Below are positions 20,466 through 30,981 of a stretch of DNA of 64,000 nucleotides, piece after piece; within the stretch, counting starts at the first letter, position 1; every line of letters begins with the position of its first letter. The notes below the pieces were generated by a model. It saw nothing but the letters and a program-made list of their open reading frames with translations, was not told where the DNA came from and searched no databases. Location: the IMG/VR virus record IMGVR_UViG_3300033066_001054; one strand, given 5' to 3'. A program made the position numbers and the translations under genes. The stretch comes from a virus (lineage: Duplodnaviria; Caudoviricetes).

Positions 20466-20756
20466 GTGCCTGAATTTGAACCAATTACACGAATACGCAT
20501 TAGAGCCACAATCAGGGGTTTTGACGGAGTATTGTCTGACCCTACAACGCTCGAGTGTACTGTTCGTGAACCAGATGGCACAGAAACTACCTATATTTGG
20601 GGCACTGATGTGGAACTAGTTCAAGCAGACACAGGTGATTTCTATGTCGACTGGGATGCAAGTCAAGCCGGCCAACACAAATATCGCTGGCAGTCGGGTG
20701 GAACCATCGTTGTTTCTTTTGGCGGTTCATTTAATATCAGGCAACCGAGGTTCTAA
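20466..20756 (+). CDS. Small beta-sandwich structural protein (BppU N-terminal-like), copy 1
   Basis: 96 aa; near-duplicate of the next gene (EPDGTET.Y.WG.D..L....G.FYVDWDA.QAGQHKYRWQ). Confidence 0.6.
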   Translation: MPEFEPITRIRIRATIRGFDGVLSDPTTLECTVREPDGTETTYIWGTDVELVQADTGDFYVDWDASQAGQHKYRWQSGGTIVVSFGGSFNIRQPRF

Positions 20757-21046
20757 TGGTAGACTATTATCCAACAACAAGAATCAGGGTAGAAGCCCAA
20801 CTGCGCAATCTAAGCAGTGTGTACACAGACCCTACACAGTTGATATTTACCATCGAAGAGCCAGATGGCACCGAGACGTCGTACACATGGGGTATTGACC
20901 CAGAACTCGAGAGAACATCAGCAGGCAGGTTCTATGTAGACTGGGACGCAGACCAGGCTGGGCAACACAAATATCGCTGGCAGGCAAACGGTGCCATTCA
21001 GGCTGCGTTCGGCGGTTCATTCAACATCAAAGAACCCAACTTCTGA
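20756..21046 (+). CDS. Small beta-sandwich structural protein, copy 2
   Basis: 96-aa paralogue of the preceding gene. Confidence 0.6.
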   Translation: MVDYYPTTRIRVEAQLRNLSSVYTDPTQLIFTIEEPDGTETSYTWGIDPELERTSAGRFYVDWDADQAGQHKYRWQANGAIQAAFGGSFNIKEPNF

Positions 21047-21421
21047 TTCTGGCTCTTCGTATTGAATTCGAGTTAGTGCCTCTCCCCTGGATGTTAATGG
21101 CATATATCGCACACTAACATTTCTAATGTACTTACCAGAATCATCTGGGATTACGCCGGCACTAGACAGTAAGTCTAAGATTGGTTTGCACGAATTGTCT
21201 GGGTCACAATGAGGACCCCAATCACGACCCTGCACAATGACAATATTGACATCTATTGGGAAATTGCGTGCAGACCGCATTTGTGACTGCACGACAGGAA
21301 GATTGGTTTCAATCCAGTTCCTGTATTTGCGTGTTTTGAACACGCCTTTGGGCGTCATTGCATACATACGATTAGCCGAAATTGGCGCCCCGATGCTACA
21401 CGCTGTGTCATGACCGAACAT
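21017..21421 (-). CDS. rusA: RusA-family Holliday junction resolvase
   Basis: PISANRMY and DPDNSCKPILDLL..AGVIPDDS catalytic motif. Confidence 0.85.
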   Translation of the reverse strand: MFGHDTACSIGAPISANRMYAMTPKGVFKTRKYRNWIETNLPVVQSQMRSARNFPIDVNIVIVQGRDWGPHCDPDNSCKPILDLLSSAGVIPDDSGKYIRNVSVRYMPLTSRGEALTRIQYEEPESEVGFFDVE

Positions 21422-21438
21422 AGTCTGACTTATACAGG

Positions 21439-22158
21439 TTACCGTTTATTCAATGGGTTAAGTTCTGGCGGTAACCAAGATTGGACCGGATTGTCTAGCT
21501 TAGGATTACTAAATGGGTTTGAAGTCGGTGCCTCTTTCTTGGGCGGTGTCAACTTATCTTGTGACCCATAATAAGCCTCTTTCTTTGGTGCGCTTGTGCT
21601 TTTTGGTACCGAAGCAGGTTTGTCAATAGGTTTTTCAGACGCTGGCTTTTCTGATTTTGTCGCAGGTGGTTCCCACTTGAGCTTCTTGCGCTTTTTCTCT
21701 TCCATGGCATCAGAGAATGGCTTGGCCTGGTTGAGCCATGAGGATTTACCAGATGCAATATCTTGTGTTCGTTTTCTGGATTCTTCTGACCATCTTGGGT
21801 CTACCATTCCTGGTGATTTTGGTTGTAACCCCTTGGTTTCTGGTAGCTTTAGTGCCTTGGCACGAGCAACAATTGCTTCAACAAATTGAGGCGGGTCGTC
21901 GCGTTTCATAATTGGAGTGCCGTCGTTCAGTGTAACAATGCGACTTTCTTGCATTCTAGCCTTCATATAGTCAATGCCCTTAGACCTGGCTAAATCTAAC
22001 AACTTGCCTACATACTCAGCCATACCGCCGCCATAGCCGGCAGTAACGATTTTGTGAGCATATCTGTCAATTTGATTGGCCTCGGCAAACCGACCCGAAG
22101 AGTCGAGTTGTGAAGCTCTTTCAAGCATATATGCAATAATGAAATCAATATCTGTCAT
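21439..22158 (-). CDS. Putative internal virion protein
   Basis: N-terminal ASQLDSSGRFAEANQID motif, K/P-rich tail; start probably MTDIDF. Confidence 0.45.
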   Translation of the reverse strand: MTDIDFIIAYMLERASQLDSSGRFAEANQIDRYAHKIVTAGYGGGMAEYVGKLLDLARSKGIDYMKARMQESRIVTLNDGTPIMKRDDPPQFVEAIVARAKALKLPETKGLQPKSPGMVDPRWSEESRKRTQDIASGKSSWLNQAKPFSDAMEEKKRKKLKWEPPATKSEKPASEKPIDKPASVPKSTSAPKKEAYYGSQDKLTPPKKEAPTSNPFSNPKLDNPVQSWLPPELNPLNKR

Positions 22159-24437
22159 CTTCGTGTATCCCAAAAATCGTCGTACTCGTTAGCCCATGTT
22201 TTAGGCTTTTCCTGTCGCGGCACCTGCTGTTGTGGAGCAGGTTGTTGCACAGGTGGAGTATATTGAGGTTGCTGAACCGGTGGTGTATACCGAGGCTCTT
22301 GTTGAACCGGTGGTGTATACTGAGGTTCTGGCTGCTGTTGCATTGGTTGCGAATATCCAGACTGAGGACTATCCACTGTTTGGATAGCTTCTCTTGCCGC
22401 GCCTGCGGGTGCCAACTGGGTTACAATTCCCCAAATAGCTGCGGCGCCGAGTCCCATACCACCCAAGAATTTAACCAGCTTTTTGAGTTTTAGGGCCCGT
22501 TCTTGAGGGCGACGAGGCACCCATGAACCAGTATCCTCTGGAACCTGGTCTTGGGATTCGTTGTCGCCTAAATCCATTTCAGGTTCGTCATACTGACCGG
22601 GCTTCGTCTCTTCGGTGCCAGGTGCGTGCTCCTCTTGGTCAAGTATGGTGTTTTCTTCACCATCGTTTGGGTTCAATCCGAGGGCGGTTACTATAATGTA
22701 TGCCGCCTTTTCTAAAAGCGCATCTAGGTTTTCCTGGGAGTCAAGCCATTGAAGAATTTCATTGTTTGGTTGCCTATCCGCTATAGGCACGCTATCTATT
22801 AGGCTATTGAGCACAATAGTAAATGCGTATTTGCGCTTTTCTCCACCGTTTACGATATCGTCCTTGAGCTCTTGAATAATTGCAAGAACTTCAGGAGTTG
22901 TGTCTGGGTTTGACTCAATGCTTTTAATCTCTTGGACTACACCCATAGCCATTCGCTCAATCTCGGCTTCTTCTGGTGTAGATTCTTGACCAGTTCCACT
23001 TGGCACTTCATCGACCGTATCTTGGTCTTCGTCAACAATTTGTTCATCTGTTGGCACAAATGACTCATCATCTGGTGTAGGTGGTTCTGAGATATCGGTG
23101 TTCTCCATGCCAACATCGGCACCAGGAACATCTTCGGGCGCCTCTATGCCAACGGGTGACTGAACAGGCTCATCAACAGGTTTTTTGCCTTTTCGCCCTT
23201 TTGGCGCCGGCGGAACCAATTCTTCCACTGGTGCTTCCACTGGTGCTTCCACTGGTTGTTTGCCCTTTCTTCCTTTTGGTTGTGGTGTGACTGGTGTGAT
23301 TGGTGCTTCCACTGGCTCTTCTAAACCGATGGTTTGTGCGTCATTCGTTTCATCTTGTGGACCGGAGGTTGCGTCAAATGGCATCTCTTCGTCTGGTGGA
23401 ATCGGTGTGTCAGACGGTTGAAGATTTGTAATTGCATACTTTGGATTTGACCGACTCAACAAGTGATTGACTTCATCTTGGTCAAACCACCTTATGCCGT
23501 CTGTCTCAGGGTCTCCTGCAGATGATTCAAAGAATCCATCGGGCAACGCAACATCGTTTGGCATTCCGACCATACGTGCTTTTTCTTCTACCAGACTCAT
23601 AGTTGATGTAATGTTTGGCAATGGCTCTAGAAACCAATTTATCAAAGCCGCTGCGTTCGCAGCAATGGCTTCTCTGGCCTGAGGTGTCTTGGCTTTTTGA
23701 ATCATTGGTTCCAGTTGTTTGCTTACTAACAACTCTGTAATTTGTCTGGCTTCTGGTGTTTGCAAACTCGAAAGTCCATCAAATTGAACTTGAGCAATCT
23801 GCTCTGGGTCGCGCTCCATTTCAGACACCTTTTTAGCCCTTGCTAACTCCTTGCGAATATCATTGCTCATGCCCCGAGTAGAAATGTCTTCTCTTCCACT
23901 AAGTGCTTGCATCTCCAGGTTCTTAACAAGGCTCGACCCTAGTGCATTCAATTCTTTCGGTGTGTATGCGGCGTCTGATTTACCAAACGCTTCGCGAATT
24001 CCATTCAACCAGATGTTACGGAACACTGGAGATAATACGCCCAACATTGATAACTGCTCTGGTGTTAGTTCTCCATCCATGTTCGATGCAAACCGGGCAC
24101 TAAAAGGCAGTGACTTTCGTGCTAAACGAACCTTGTGGTCTTCCTCAAGCATGAATGACCATAGCTCAATATATCGGTCAATCTCTCCAAGTACAAACGC
24201 CTTTTCGCCAGCAGTTCGTTCGTTGACCGTCTGTGACGAGACTAGTTTCTTGGCTTCGCGCAAAAACTCAAGATATTCGTGGTGCTCTTGGGTGTTGTGA
24301 AACAGTGGCTGTCCGGCATCCATTGCCATGCCAACTCTCATCAAAGCCTCAACATTATCGGCTTGTTTAGCAAGGCCAATTTTGTCTAAGGTGTTTGCTG
24401 TGCGAACATATGGTTCTATGCGTGGGTTGTTTGCCAT
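22155..24437 (-). CDS. Large low-complexity protein with a C-terminal hydrophobic segment (possible internal/ejection protein)
   Basis: 760 aa; ANTLDKIGLAKQADNVE motif, PVEA and QYTPPVQQ repeats, FLGGMGLGAAAIWGIV segment. Confidence 0.5.
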   Translation of the reverse strand: MANNPRIEPYVRTANTLDKIGLAKQADNVEALMRVGMAMDAGQPLFHNTQEHHEYLEFLREAKKLVSSQTVNERTAGEKAFVLGEIDRYIELWSFMLEEDHKVRLARKSLPFSARFASNMDGELTPEQLSMLGVLSPVFRNIWLNGIREAFGKSDAAYTPKELNALGSSLVKNLEMQALSGREDISTRGMSNDIRKELARAKKVSEMERDPEQIAQVQFDGLSSLQTPEARQITELLVSKQLEPMIQKAKTPQAREAIAANAAALINWFLEPLPNITSTMSLVEEKARMVGMPNDVALPDGFFESSAGDPETDGIRWFDQDEVNHLLSRSNPKYAITNLQPSDTPIPPDEEMPFDATSGPQDETNDAQTIGLEEPVEAPITPVTPQPKGRKGKQPVEAPVEAPVEELVPPAPKGRKGKKPVDEPVQSPVGIEAPEDVPGADVGMENTDISEPPTPDDESFVPTDEQIVDEDQDTVDEVPSGTGQESTPEEAEIERMAMGVVQEIKSIESNPDTTPEVLAIIQELKDDIVNGGEKRKYAFTIVLNSLIDSVPIADRQPNNEILQWLDSQENLDALLEKAAYIIVTALGLNPNDGEENTILDQEEHAPGTEETKPGQYDEPEMDLGDNESQDQVPEDTGSWVPRRPQERALKLKKLVKFLGGMGLGAAAIWGIVTQLAPAGAAREAIQTVDSPQSGYSQPMQQQPEPQYTPPVQQEPRYTPPVQQPQYTPPVQQPAPQQQVPRQEKPKTWANEYDDFWDTRR

Positions 24438-24551
24438 GATTCACCAATTACAAGTGTACAGTTTGAAACTTACGAACGCGGACAATTTAGACCTTTCTTT
24501 TGAAAAGCACAAGGCAAAAAATGGCGAGTTCCTAAGATAGCATTATAGTCC

Positions 24552-25604
24552 ATGTCATCAATATCACTGTGCGGTTTCTACGGCAAAAACAATTACGGCG
24601 ACGATTTAATGGCCGAATGCTTGAGCCAGCGTCTTAGCACTAGCGATAGCGAAGTAAAAGTTTACTCTGACGTATGCAAGGGTGATATTTTGAATGGTAT
24701 GAAAGACCATTCATTCTTAGACAGCGACTGGATTGTCATTGGTGGTGGCAACATCATAGGCCCAGGTTTCTGGGCATTCAAAGATGGAATGATTGACCTG
24801 TTGCCAAAAGATGGCAGGGTTGTGTTTTTGAATGTCGGCGTTACACAGGACTACCTGAGTAACAGTGATTTTAGCAAAAAACTTGAGAGTCTAAATGCAA
24901 AATGGTGGGTAAGAGATATGGAATCACAAGACATACTCTACAACCTTGATATTGAATCGAGCTTTTTGCCAGATATATCATTGACACTCCGAGAACAGTT
25001 ACACACGGAAAAAGAACCAAAAACCATTGGGGTGCTACTTAATGCGTATCCAATGAACGATTTGTTCAACAACGATAACGTATATCTTCACCAACGCGCA
25101 CACCAATTTGCTCGAGTCCTGGCACATCATTTGGACTGGATGATATCGTTTGGATGGAAAGTGAAATTCTTGCCCTGTCATGTGAGTACCCAGATTGATG
25201 ACAGGTTGATAGCTGCGGTGGTTTTTGGATACATGCAAAACAAGAAATCAGCAACATGGCAGGTTTCACATATGCCTTGGAAAGACCTGTCAGAGAGCAT
25301 CAGCAAATGTGAGTTGGTGTTTTCGATGAGATACCACGCTTCGACCACAGCAGTGGCTTCTAAAACAAGATTTGTAGACTTAATTCACCATGACAAAAAC
25401 AAACAGTTTGTCAGATACATCAAGGCTGAACAGTGTGCTGTAAACATATGGGCCGCAACACACGAAAGCCTAATAGAAGCAACGGTTGCGGCCGAGGCTA
25501 TAAATACGGATTCATGGTATCAATGCAACGTTGCACAAAGCCTGTGGAACGACTTTGATTCATCATGGAAAACTCTCATAGAGAAAAACAATGCAAGAAC
25601 ATAA
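24552..25604 (+). CDS. Polysaccharide pyruvyl transferase family protein
   Basis: GFYGKNNYGDDLM, IGGGN, WVRD..S, LPD and SMRYHA motifs. Confidence 0.85.
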   Translation: MSSISLCGFYGKNNYGDDLMAECLSQRLSTSDSEVKVYSDVCKGDILNGMKDHSFLDSDWIVIGGGNIIGPGFWAFKDGMIDLLPKDGRVVFLNVGVTQDYLSNSDFSKKLESLNAKWWVRDMESQDILYNLDIESSFLPDISLTLREQLHTEKEPKTIGVLLNAYPMNDLFNNDNVYLHQRAHQFARVLAHHLDWMISFGWKVKFLPCHVSTQIDDRLIAAVVFGYMQNKKSATWQVSHMPWKDLSESISKCELVFSMRYHASTTAVASKTRFVDLIHHDKNKQFVRYIKAEQCAVNIWAATHESLIEATVAAEAINTDSWYQCNVAQSLWNDFDSSWKTLIEKNNART

Positions 25605-27165
25605 ACCACTAGCAACAAAATCGCTTATCAAGAAAATATCATCGGGCATTCTGTGTGTAATGCTTTCGGTGTTCTTTTTCGTCGTTGGTATCCCTCTACT
25701 CGTATTGGCGTACATTGGACTGTGCTTCGGATATGCCGGAAAGACACTTGATAGGATTGGTTGTGCTATGTGTGCTTATGTAGAGTTCTTGCTCAGAAGC
25801 ATCATTGACTCATTGCACAAAGTGTGTCACATAGACCCATATGACAGCGAGTATTGCGGATGCTGGCCGCCGCATTGTGGTTGGCATCCACATTGTGGTC
25901 ATGCACCCCATTGTGGATGCCCAGCGCATGGATGCTCATGGCTTTCGATTTTAGTTATGCTTTTGAACATCATAGCAATGCCATATTTCTGGTGTACCAA
26001 AAAACCACACAAGGTCAATAAGCCCCGTGTTGGTGAAAACGAAAAACTTCGAGTGGCATATGTCAGTGTGTGGGGCACACCGTGTGGAATCGCCACATAC
26101 AACGAGGAACTTGTTCCATATCTGAGAGAGTACGCCGATGTTAAGGTATTCGCAGAGTACGCCGATACAGACAAAAACCAAGGACTCGACCGAGACCCTG
26201 AGTGGGTGTTGCGCTGCTGGAGCAGACACGAGCATCCAAAATCCAAACTTATGCACGAATTGCTCGAATATCAGCCCCATGTCGTGCATATTGGTCATGA
26301 GTATGGGTTCTTTGCAAGGGCTTACATGTACACATCTTTGGTAACCTGGCTAAAGGGTCGTAAAATTCCGGTGCTCACCACGTTCCATAGTGTTTATGAG
26401 CACCAGGATAAGGTTGTAACAGAAGTGTCTTCACCAAACATCATTGTTCACACAGAGGCCGGAAGGGACTGTCTTGTAAAGAAAGGACTTCAGCCAAGCA
26501 AAATACACACAATACCACATGGCACAGAGGTTCTTGCTGGTACACAAGATGCGCCAGAACTGTTGCCGAGTATGTGGAACACATGGCACACAAAGCACAC
26601 TATATTTCACCCAGGGTTCATGTTTGGATACAAAGGTCATGTAAGGATGCTTCATATTGTGGCCAGACTGAAAAAGAAATACCCTGATGTGCATTACATC
26701 ATTCAGGGCTCAGAAAACCCACACACAATGAAGGAACATGATGCGCTATATGCACAAATCATTGAAACCGCAGATGCACTTGGGCTTTCATCAAATGTAA
26801 CGGTAAACCGTGGGTTTGTGTCCAAAGAGGTATTGTTGTCATTTATCAGAACAACTCGTGTGTGCGTATTGCCATATCAAAGCCACCCTGACCACGAGGT
26901 GCGTGCAACATCTGGTATAGCCAGGGTGGTCGCCGGCACAGAGACACCACTCGTTGTAAGTTCTGTACACTTGTTTGATGACCTTGACGATGTTGCTACA
27001 AAGTGCATTGACGATGATGCAATGTATAACGCGATTGACAACATCTTTAAGGACAACGACGTCAAAAACTCTCAGGTATACAGCCGAGTGAGGTTCTTAA
27101 AAGCAACTAACTGGAAGCATATCGCCAAAAAGACTTTTGACGTCTACAAGCAAATCATTCGCTGA
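25591..27165 (+). CDS. GT4-family glycosyltransferase with N-terminal membrane and Cys/His-rich extension
   Basis: CGIATYNEEL, HEYG, TTFHSV, IPHG, GYKG and VLPY..SG motifs. Confidence 0.85.
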   Translation: MQEHKPLATKSLIKKISSGILCVMLSVFFFVVGIPLLVLAYIGLCFGYAGKTLDRIGCAMCAYVEFLLRSIIDSLHKVCHIDPYDSEYCGCWPPHCGWHPHCGHAPHCGCPAHGCSWLSILVMLLNIIAMPYFWCTKKPHKVNKPRVGENEKLRVAYVSVWGTPCGIATYNEELVPYLREYADVKVFAEYADTDKNQGLDRDPEWVLRCWSRHEHPKSKLMHELLEYQPHVVHIGHEYGFFARAYMYTSLVTWLKGRKIPVLTTFHSVYEHQDKVVTEVSSPNIIVHTEAGRDCLVKKGLQPSKIHTIPHGTEVLAGTQDAPELLPSMWNTWHTKHTIFHPGFMFGYKGHVRMLHIVARLKKKYPDVHYIIQGSENPHTMKEHDALYAQIIETADALGLSSNVTVNRGFVSKEVLLSFIRTTRVCVLPYQSHPDHEVRATSGIARVVAGTETPLVVSSVHLFDDLDDVATKCIDDDAMYNAIDNIFKDNDVKNSQVYSRVRFLKATNWKHIAKKTFDVYKQIIR

Positions 27166-27938
27166 TGTCTAACATTGGTATAGCTATATCAACCAGAAAT
27201 CGCCAGGCGCATTTGAAGATGTGCCTGGCGCATTTTATAGCGTATTTCCCAACCGAACATACAGTTGACATCTTGGTGTGTGATGACAACAGTGCGACTG
27301 ATTGTGCAACAGAAAACAAATTAACATGTGAACATTGGGGCATAAACTATCACTACCATCAAACAAGAATTGGCGTTGCCGCCAACAAAAACTTTGGCTT
27401 ATCAATGATGTCAAATAACGATGTTGTCTTCCTGTTTGATGACGACAGTTTTCCTAATGAGGCATTCTGGGTTGAGTCCTATATTCATACCATGAACCAC
27501 AACAATGTGCATCACCTGACTTATACTCCTTGGTTTCCGGACCAAAGGTCGGAACGAGCCGGAATGTACATTAGCGAGTGGGGTATGGGGTGCTGTATGT
27601 TTTTCAGCAAGCAACTTCTGGAGAAGATTGGTGGATTTGACGAAAAGTACCATATGTTTGGTTTTGAGCATCTGTCTTATGGAAGAAGGGCGTTTTTGTC
27701 TGGCATGAACCAGGATTACGGTGCATACTTAACCCCAATTGCCGCCATTGGGAAAATCTTCACGCTTGATTACGAATACAAAAGTCTCAAACAACAACCC
27801 TCGATTGGCATTATTGATTTTGAACATGTGCGAACATCTCATGCTGACACACCAGGCGACATCGTGAGCATAAATCGCAAGTTGTTTGACAGCAATAACG
27901 ACGACCTGTATGTAAAACTACCGCAGTATAAACTGTAG
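27165..27938 (+). CDS. GT2-family glycosyltransferase
   Basis: IAISTRNR, DDNS, GVAANKN, LFDDD, IGGFDEKY..FGFEH. Confidence 0.85.
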   Translation: MSNIGIAISTRNRQAHLKMCLAHFIAYFPTEHTVDILVCDDNSATDCATENKLTCEHWGINYHYHQTRIGVAANKNFGLSMMSNNDVVFLFDDDSFPNEAFWVESYIHTMNHNNVHHLTYTPWFPDQRSERAGMYISEWGMGCCMFFSKQLLEKIGGFDEKYHMFGFEHLSYGRRAFLSGMNQDYGAYLTPIAAIGKIFTLDYEYKSLKQQPSIGIIDFEHVRTSHADTPGDIVSINRKLFDSNNDDLYVKLPQYKL

Positions 27939-27939
27939 T

Positions 27940-28791
27940 ATGTATCGTGGCAAGCGCATAGTTGTAGTTACACCTGCTGGTCGAAGACGGTACCTCAATG
28001 TGCTTATGCCGTATGTATTGCGTGAGAAGGCAATCATTGACAAATACAGATTTTGGGTCAATACCAACAACGCAGAAGACATTAAGTACATCAAACAACA
28101 AGTCGACTCAGACCCTGATTTTTTTGAAGCAGAATACCTTGATGACCCTAAGCCTGATTGGAAAGGTAACCGAAGGGTCAGGCTAATATGCCAATTCTTC
28201 AAAAACTGCACAGAACCTGACACAGTGTATGTTAGACTCGATGATGATATTTGTTGGATGATGCCTGGGGCCTTAAAGGCGTTAATTGATTACAGAATTG
28301 ACAATCCAGAATACTTTCTGGTGTATCCGGGTATTTTCAACAATGGATACACGGCCGAAATACACTCCGCTCTTGGGCTCGTCAAATTCCCATCAAAATC
28401 GTTTAGGAAATGGCAACGTGAATCAAAGTGGGGCATTTTGCATCACGAAAAACTTCTTGAGTCAATAGAGAATAACGACGCTCACAAGTGGTTATTTGAA
28501 AGTGTGGTTATCAAAGACTATGCTCAGGCACCCATCAATTGCATCAGTTGGATTGGCGAGGAATTCGCAAAATTTGGAGGCGTGGTCGCAGATGAGAATT
28601 GTGACTATCTAGAAGAAGTTTGGTTGACCAAAATAAAACCAGGTCAAATTCACAAACACAATTGCATGTATGGGGGTAGCCTAATGGCACATTTCGCATT
28701 CAACACACAGCGCGAATACTTCGAAACACACACCAATTTACTCGAGAGCTATGAAGTACTTTCGCTATACGATGGTGCTATGGAATTCTAG
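27940..28791 (+). CDS. GT-A fold glycosyltransferase-like protein
   Basis: VTPAGRRRYL, YVRLDDDI and HFAF motifs. Confidence 0.7.
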   Translation: MYRGKRIVVVTPAGRRRYLNVLMPYVLREKAIIDKYRFWVNTNNAEDIKYIKQQVDSDPDFFEAEYLDDPKPDWKGNRRVRLICQFFKNCTEPDTVYVRLDDDICWMMPGALKALIDYRIDNPEYFLVYPGIFNNGYTAEIHSALGLVKFPSKSFRKWQRESKWGILHHEKLLESIENNDAHKWLFESVVIKDYAQAPINCISWIGEEFAKFGGVVADENCDYLEEVWLTKIKPGQIHKHNCMYGGSLMAHFAFNTQREYFETHTNLLESYEVLSLYDGAMEF

Positions 28792-29057
28792 TCTATATCC
28801 ACTGGCGGAGTGCCCAGCGGTGTTAAATCTACACATTCATCTAGTACATCGAATTGTATACCTTCGAGTTGAGGTGCAAGATTCTCTAACATCAATGCCT
28901 GGGCCACTTTGTCGTTAGCATATTGCTTGATAACCTGAAGTGTGAATAGCATCAATGACTTGTGTTCAATTGTGTCGGATTCCTCGAGTTTTTTAAGCGC
29001 AATGGTAAGAGAATGCGCTTGCATTCTTAGTGCGGCGGCGACTTGCCGTGCTGTCAT
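28788..29057 (-). CDS. Hypothetical protein
   Basis: 89 aa, coupled to the upstream gene. Confidence 0.5.
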   Translation of the reverse strand: MTARQVAAALRMQAHSLTIALKKLEESDTIEHKSLMLFTLQVIKQYANDKVAQALMLENLAPQLEGIQFDVLDECVDLTPLGTPPVDID

Positions 29058-29782
29058 CTGCGATTCATCCTTCCAAGTAACGCTCTCAGCCTTGGGTCTG
29101 ATGCCGGTGAGTTTTCTGAATCATCTGATTGTGTTGGCATGGATGATTCAGGTTCACTATATGCCATCCAGACAATCTGATACCTTTCATAATCAGACAT
29201 TTTTACCGACCGCCATTCTGTAGCATTAAACACAAACACGCGCTTGATGATTCCATCAACATCCAATATGACTGGATGCACTGGGTGTCCAAGCTCTCCA
29301 GAGAAGAATGATTTGGCAGAGGCGTATAGTGCTTGCGCTTCTCCAAACTGTACGAAGAACACTTTAGAAGCGTGCTCCCAGAGTTGAACCACGAAATCAT
29401 ATGAGAGTTGAGAGATATCTGGTTTGTGGACAGTTTTCGTTCCTATTTCTGCAATCCATATAAGTGACTTTTTAAGAAGTTCTCTGCGCTCGTATTCGCC
29501 GGCGAAATACTCTCTGCCGTCTTGTGATTTTCTGAATGCATACATTTCAATTGCCGCAGCCTCGCGCCAAGTCGGTTCTCTCAAGCAACATAAATAGGTT
29601 TCACCCTCAAACTGAATACGCAACAAGAACTCATCTTCCTGCACACTAGGTGCCCAGGTTTCTAATTCTGCAGTAGTCACAGTAACAGTCTCACTTGCTA
29701 TTTGTGCTGGGCGATTTTGACGCGCTTCGTTTAACAATTCGCGCATCTTTTTTGCAGTTTCGAGTTGATTGTCTTCTATCAT
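29054..29782 (-). CDS. Hypothetical protein (possible tail assembly chaperone)
   Basis: 242 aa, LREPTW motif, follows a tube-like gene. Confidence 0.4.
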   Translation of the reverse strand: MIEDNQLETAKKMRELLNEARQNRPAQIASETVTVTTAELETWAPSVQEDEFLLRIQFEGETYLCCLREPTWREAAAIEMYAFRKSQDGREYFAGEYERRELLKKSLIWIAEIGTKTVHKPDISQLSYDFVVQLWEHASKVFFVQFGEAQALYASAKSFFSGELGHPVHPVILDVDGIIKRVFVFNATEWRSVKMSDYERYQIVWMAYSEPESSMPTQSDDSENSPASDPRLRALLGRMNRR

Positions 29783-29784
29783 GA

Positions 29785-30981
29785 TTATTCTGTGGTTGCG
29801 TAAAACTCTGATGTTGGATATCCAGATGTAGCTGCTGTGAATCCCTTTGTGACTGCATAGTCACAAGACCGGGCGACAAATGAATATGTCACATCATATG
29901 TTTTTCCAGGGTTTAGGGAAGTAGTTGGCTTGTTCCAATCAACATTCTGCATTGGAAACAGGAACGGGCCACCAAAGTACATAGTGACCGAACCAGACGA
30001 ACCTTGTGTCATGCCTTCGAACAATGCCTCTCTGTCGCGGCCAGTGAAAGTGATTTCTCCCCTTACAACTCTATTTGATACTGAAACAAATCTTGGACCA
30101 TGTTGGTCACTCCTGCCCCTGGATGGGCACGTATATTCGAATTTGACACTTTGTTGCACACTAAGACTCATACCAACCAATGCTTCATAATCCCAGTATC
30201 GCGAGTTTGACATTGACAATGCAAGGTCTGCTGATGTCAACTGTAGTGTTGTGTCAAACCCACAATCCATTATGTTCGCCGTGCGATATTCATTGGCATA
30301 CCCTCGTGTTTCTATATCTCCGTCCCAGAACGCATTTGGTGGCATCAACGGCGAGCGCACTACTTTTCCACCTTTCCAATCAACACTGACTTGCACCGGA
30401 GATAACGAACCGGAACCAGATACACTGAATGATGCAGATGACATGAATACAGGACCGTAGGCCCGCGAAGCTGGCGTAGTGGTTCCCACAAACATCGGCA
30501 TGCCTGGGTAGATTATTGATTGCCTCAGTGCCACTTCTCCAAGGTAATTCAATGACAAATACGGGAACAGTACATCCCCGCTTGCCAATGGTATCAACGG
30601 AGATGTTTGCATCTTAGAGTCAAACACGTGTCCTGCCGCAAGACCATGCGTGAATGGAGCAACTGCAAAATGCGTTTCTAGTGGTTCAAACACTCTTGAA
30701 CCTGCGTCATCAGAATACGACCCAACCAAGAGTGGTCGCCAGTATGGTGATGTTGATGATAGAGTGTTAAATCCAGACCCGTTTCTCTCAAGTGGTAATC
30801 CGCTTGCCAATCTGTGCATATCCCATGTGTACGTGTCTTTGATGGGTTCAAGTCCGTTTTTGCGGTTGCACATTCCAATACGAGTTTGACTCTCGTCTAA
30901 CCATATGCCAGGGTTGTAGTCAGTCATAGACATTAAGTACACAGACTGTTGTCCGCTTGAGATTAACGGCGGTGTTCTCAT
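29785..30981 (-). CDS. Tail tube-like protein
   Basis: Beta-rich C-half (SLSVQQ..RVVRGEITF..VDW) similar in pattern to 33661-35022. Confidence 0.5.
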   Translation of the reverse strand: MRTPPLISSGQQSVYLMSMTDYNPGIWLDESQTRIGMCNRKNGLEPIKDTYTWDMHRLASGLPLERNGSGFNTLSSTSPYWRPLLVGSYSDDAGSRVFEPLETHFAVAPFTHGLAAGHVFDSKMQTSPLIPLASGDVLFPYLSLNYLGEVALRQSIIYPGMPMFVGTTTPASRAYGPVFMSSASFSVSGSGSLSPVQVSVDWKGGKVVRSPLMPPNAFWDGDIETRGYANEYRTANIMDCGFDTTLQLTSADLALSMSNSRYWDYEALVGMSLSVQQSVKFEYTCPSRGRSDQHGPRFVSVSNRVVRGEITFTGRDREALFEGMTQGSSGSVTMYFGGPFLFPMQNVDWNKPTTSLNPGKTYDVTYSFVARSCDYAVTKGFTAATSGYPTSEFYATTE

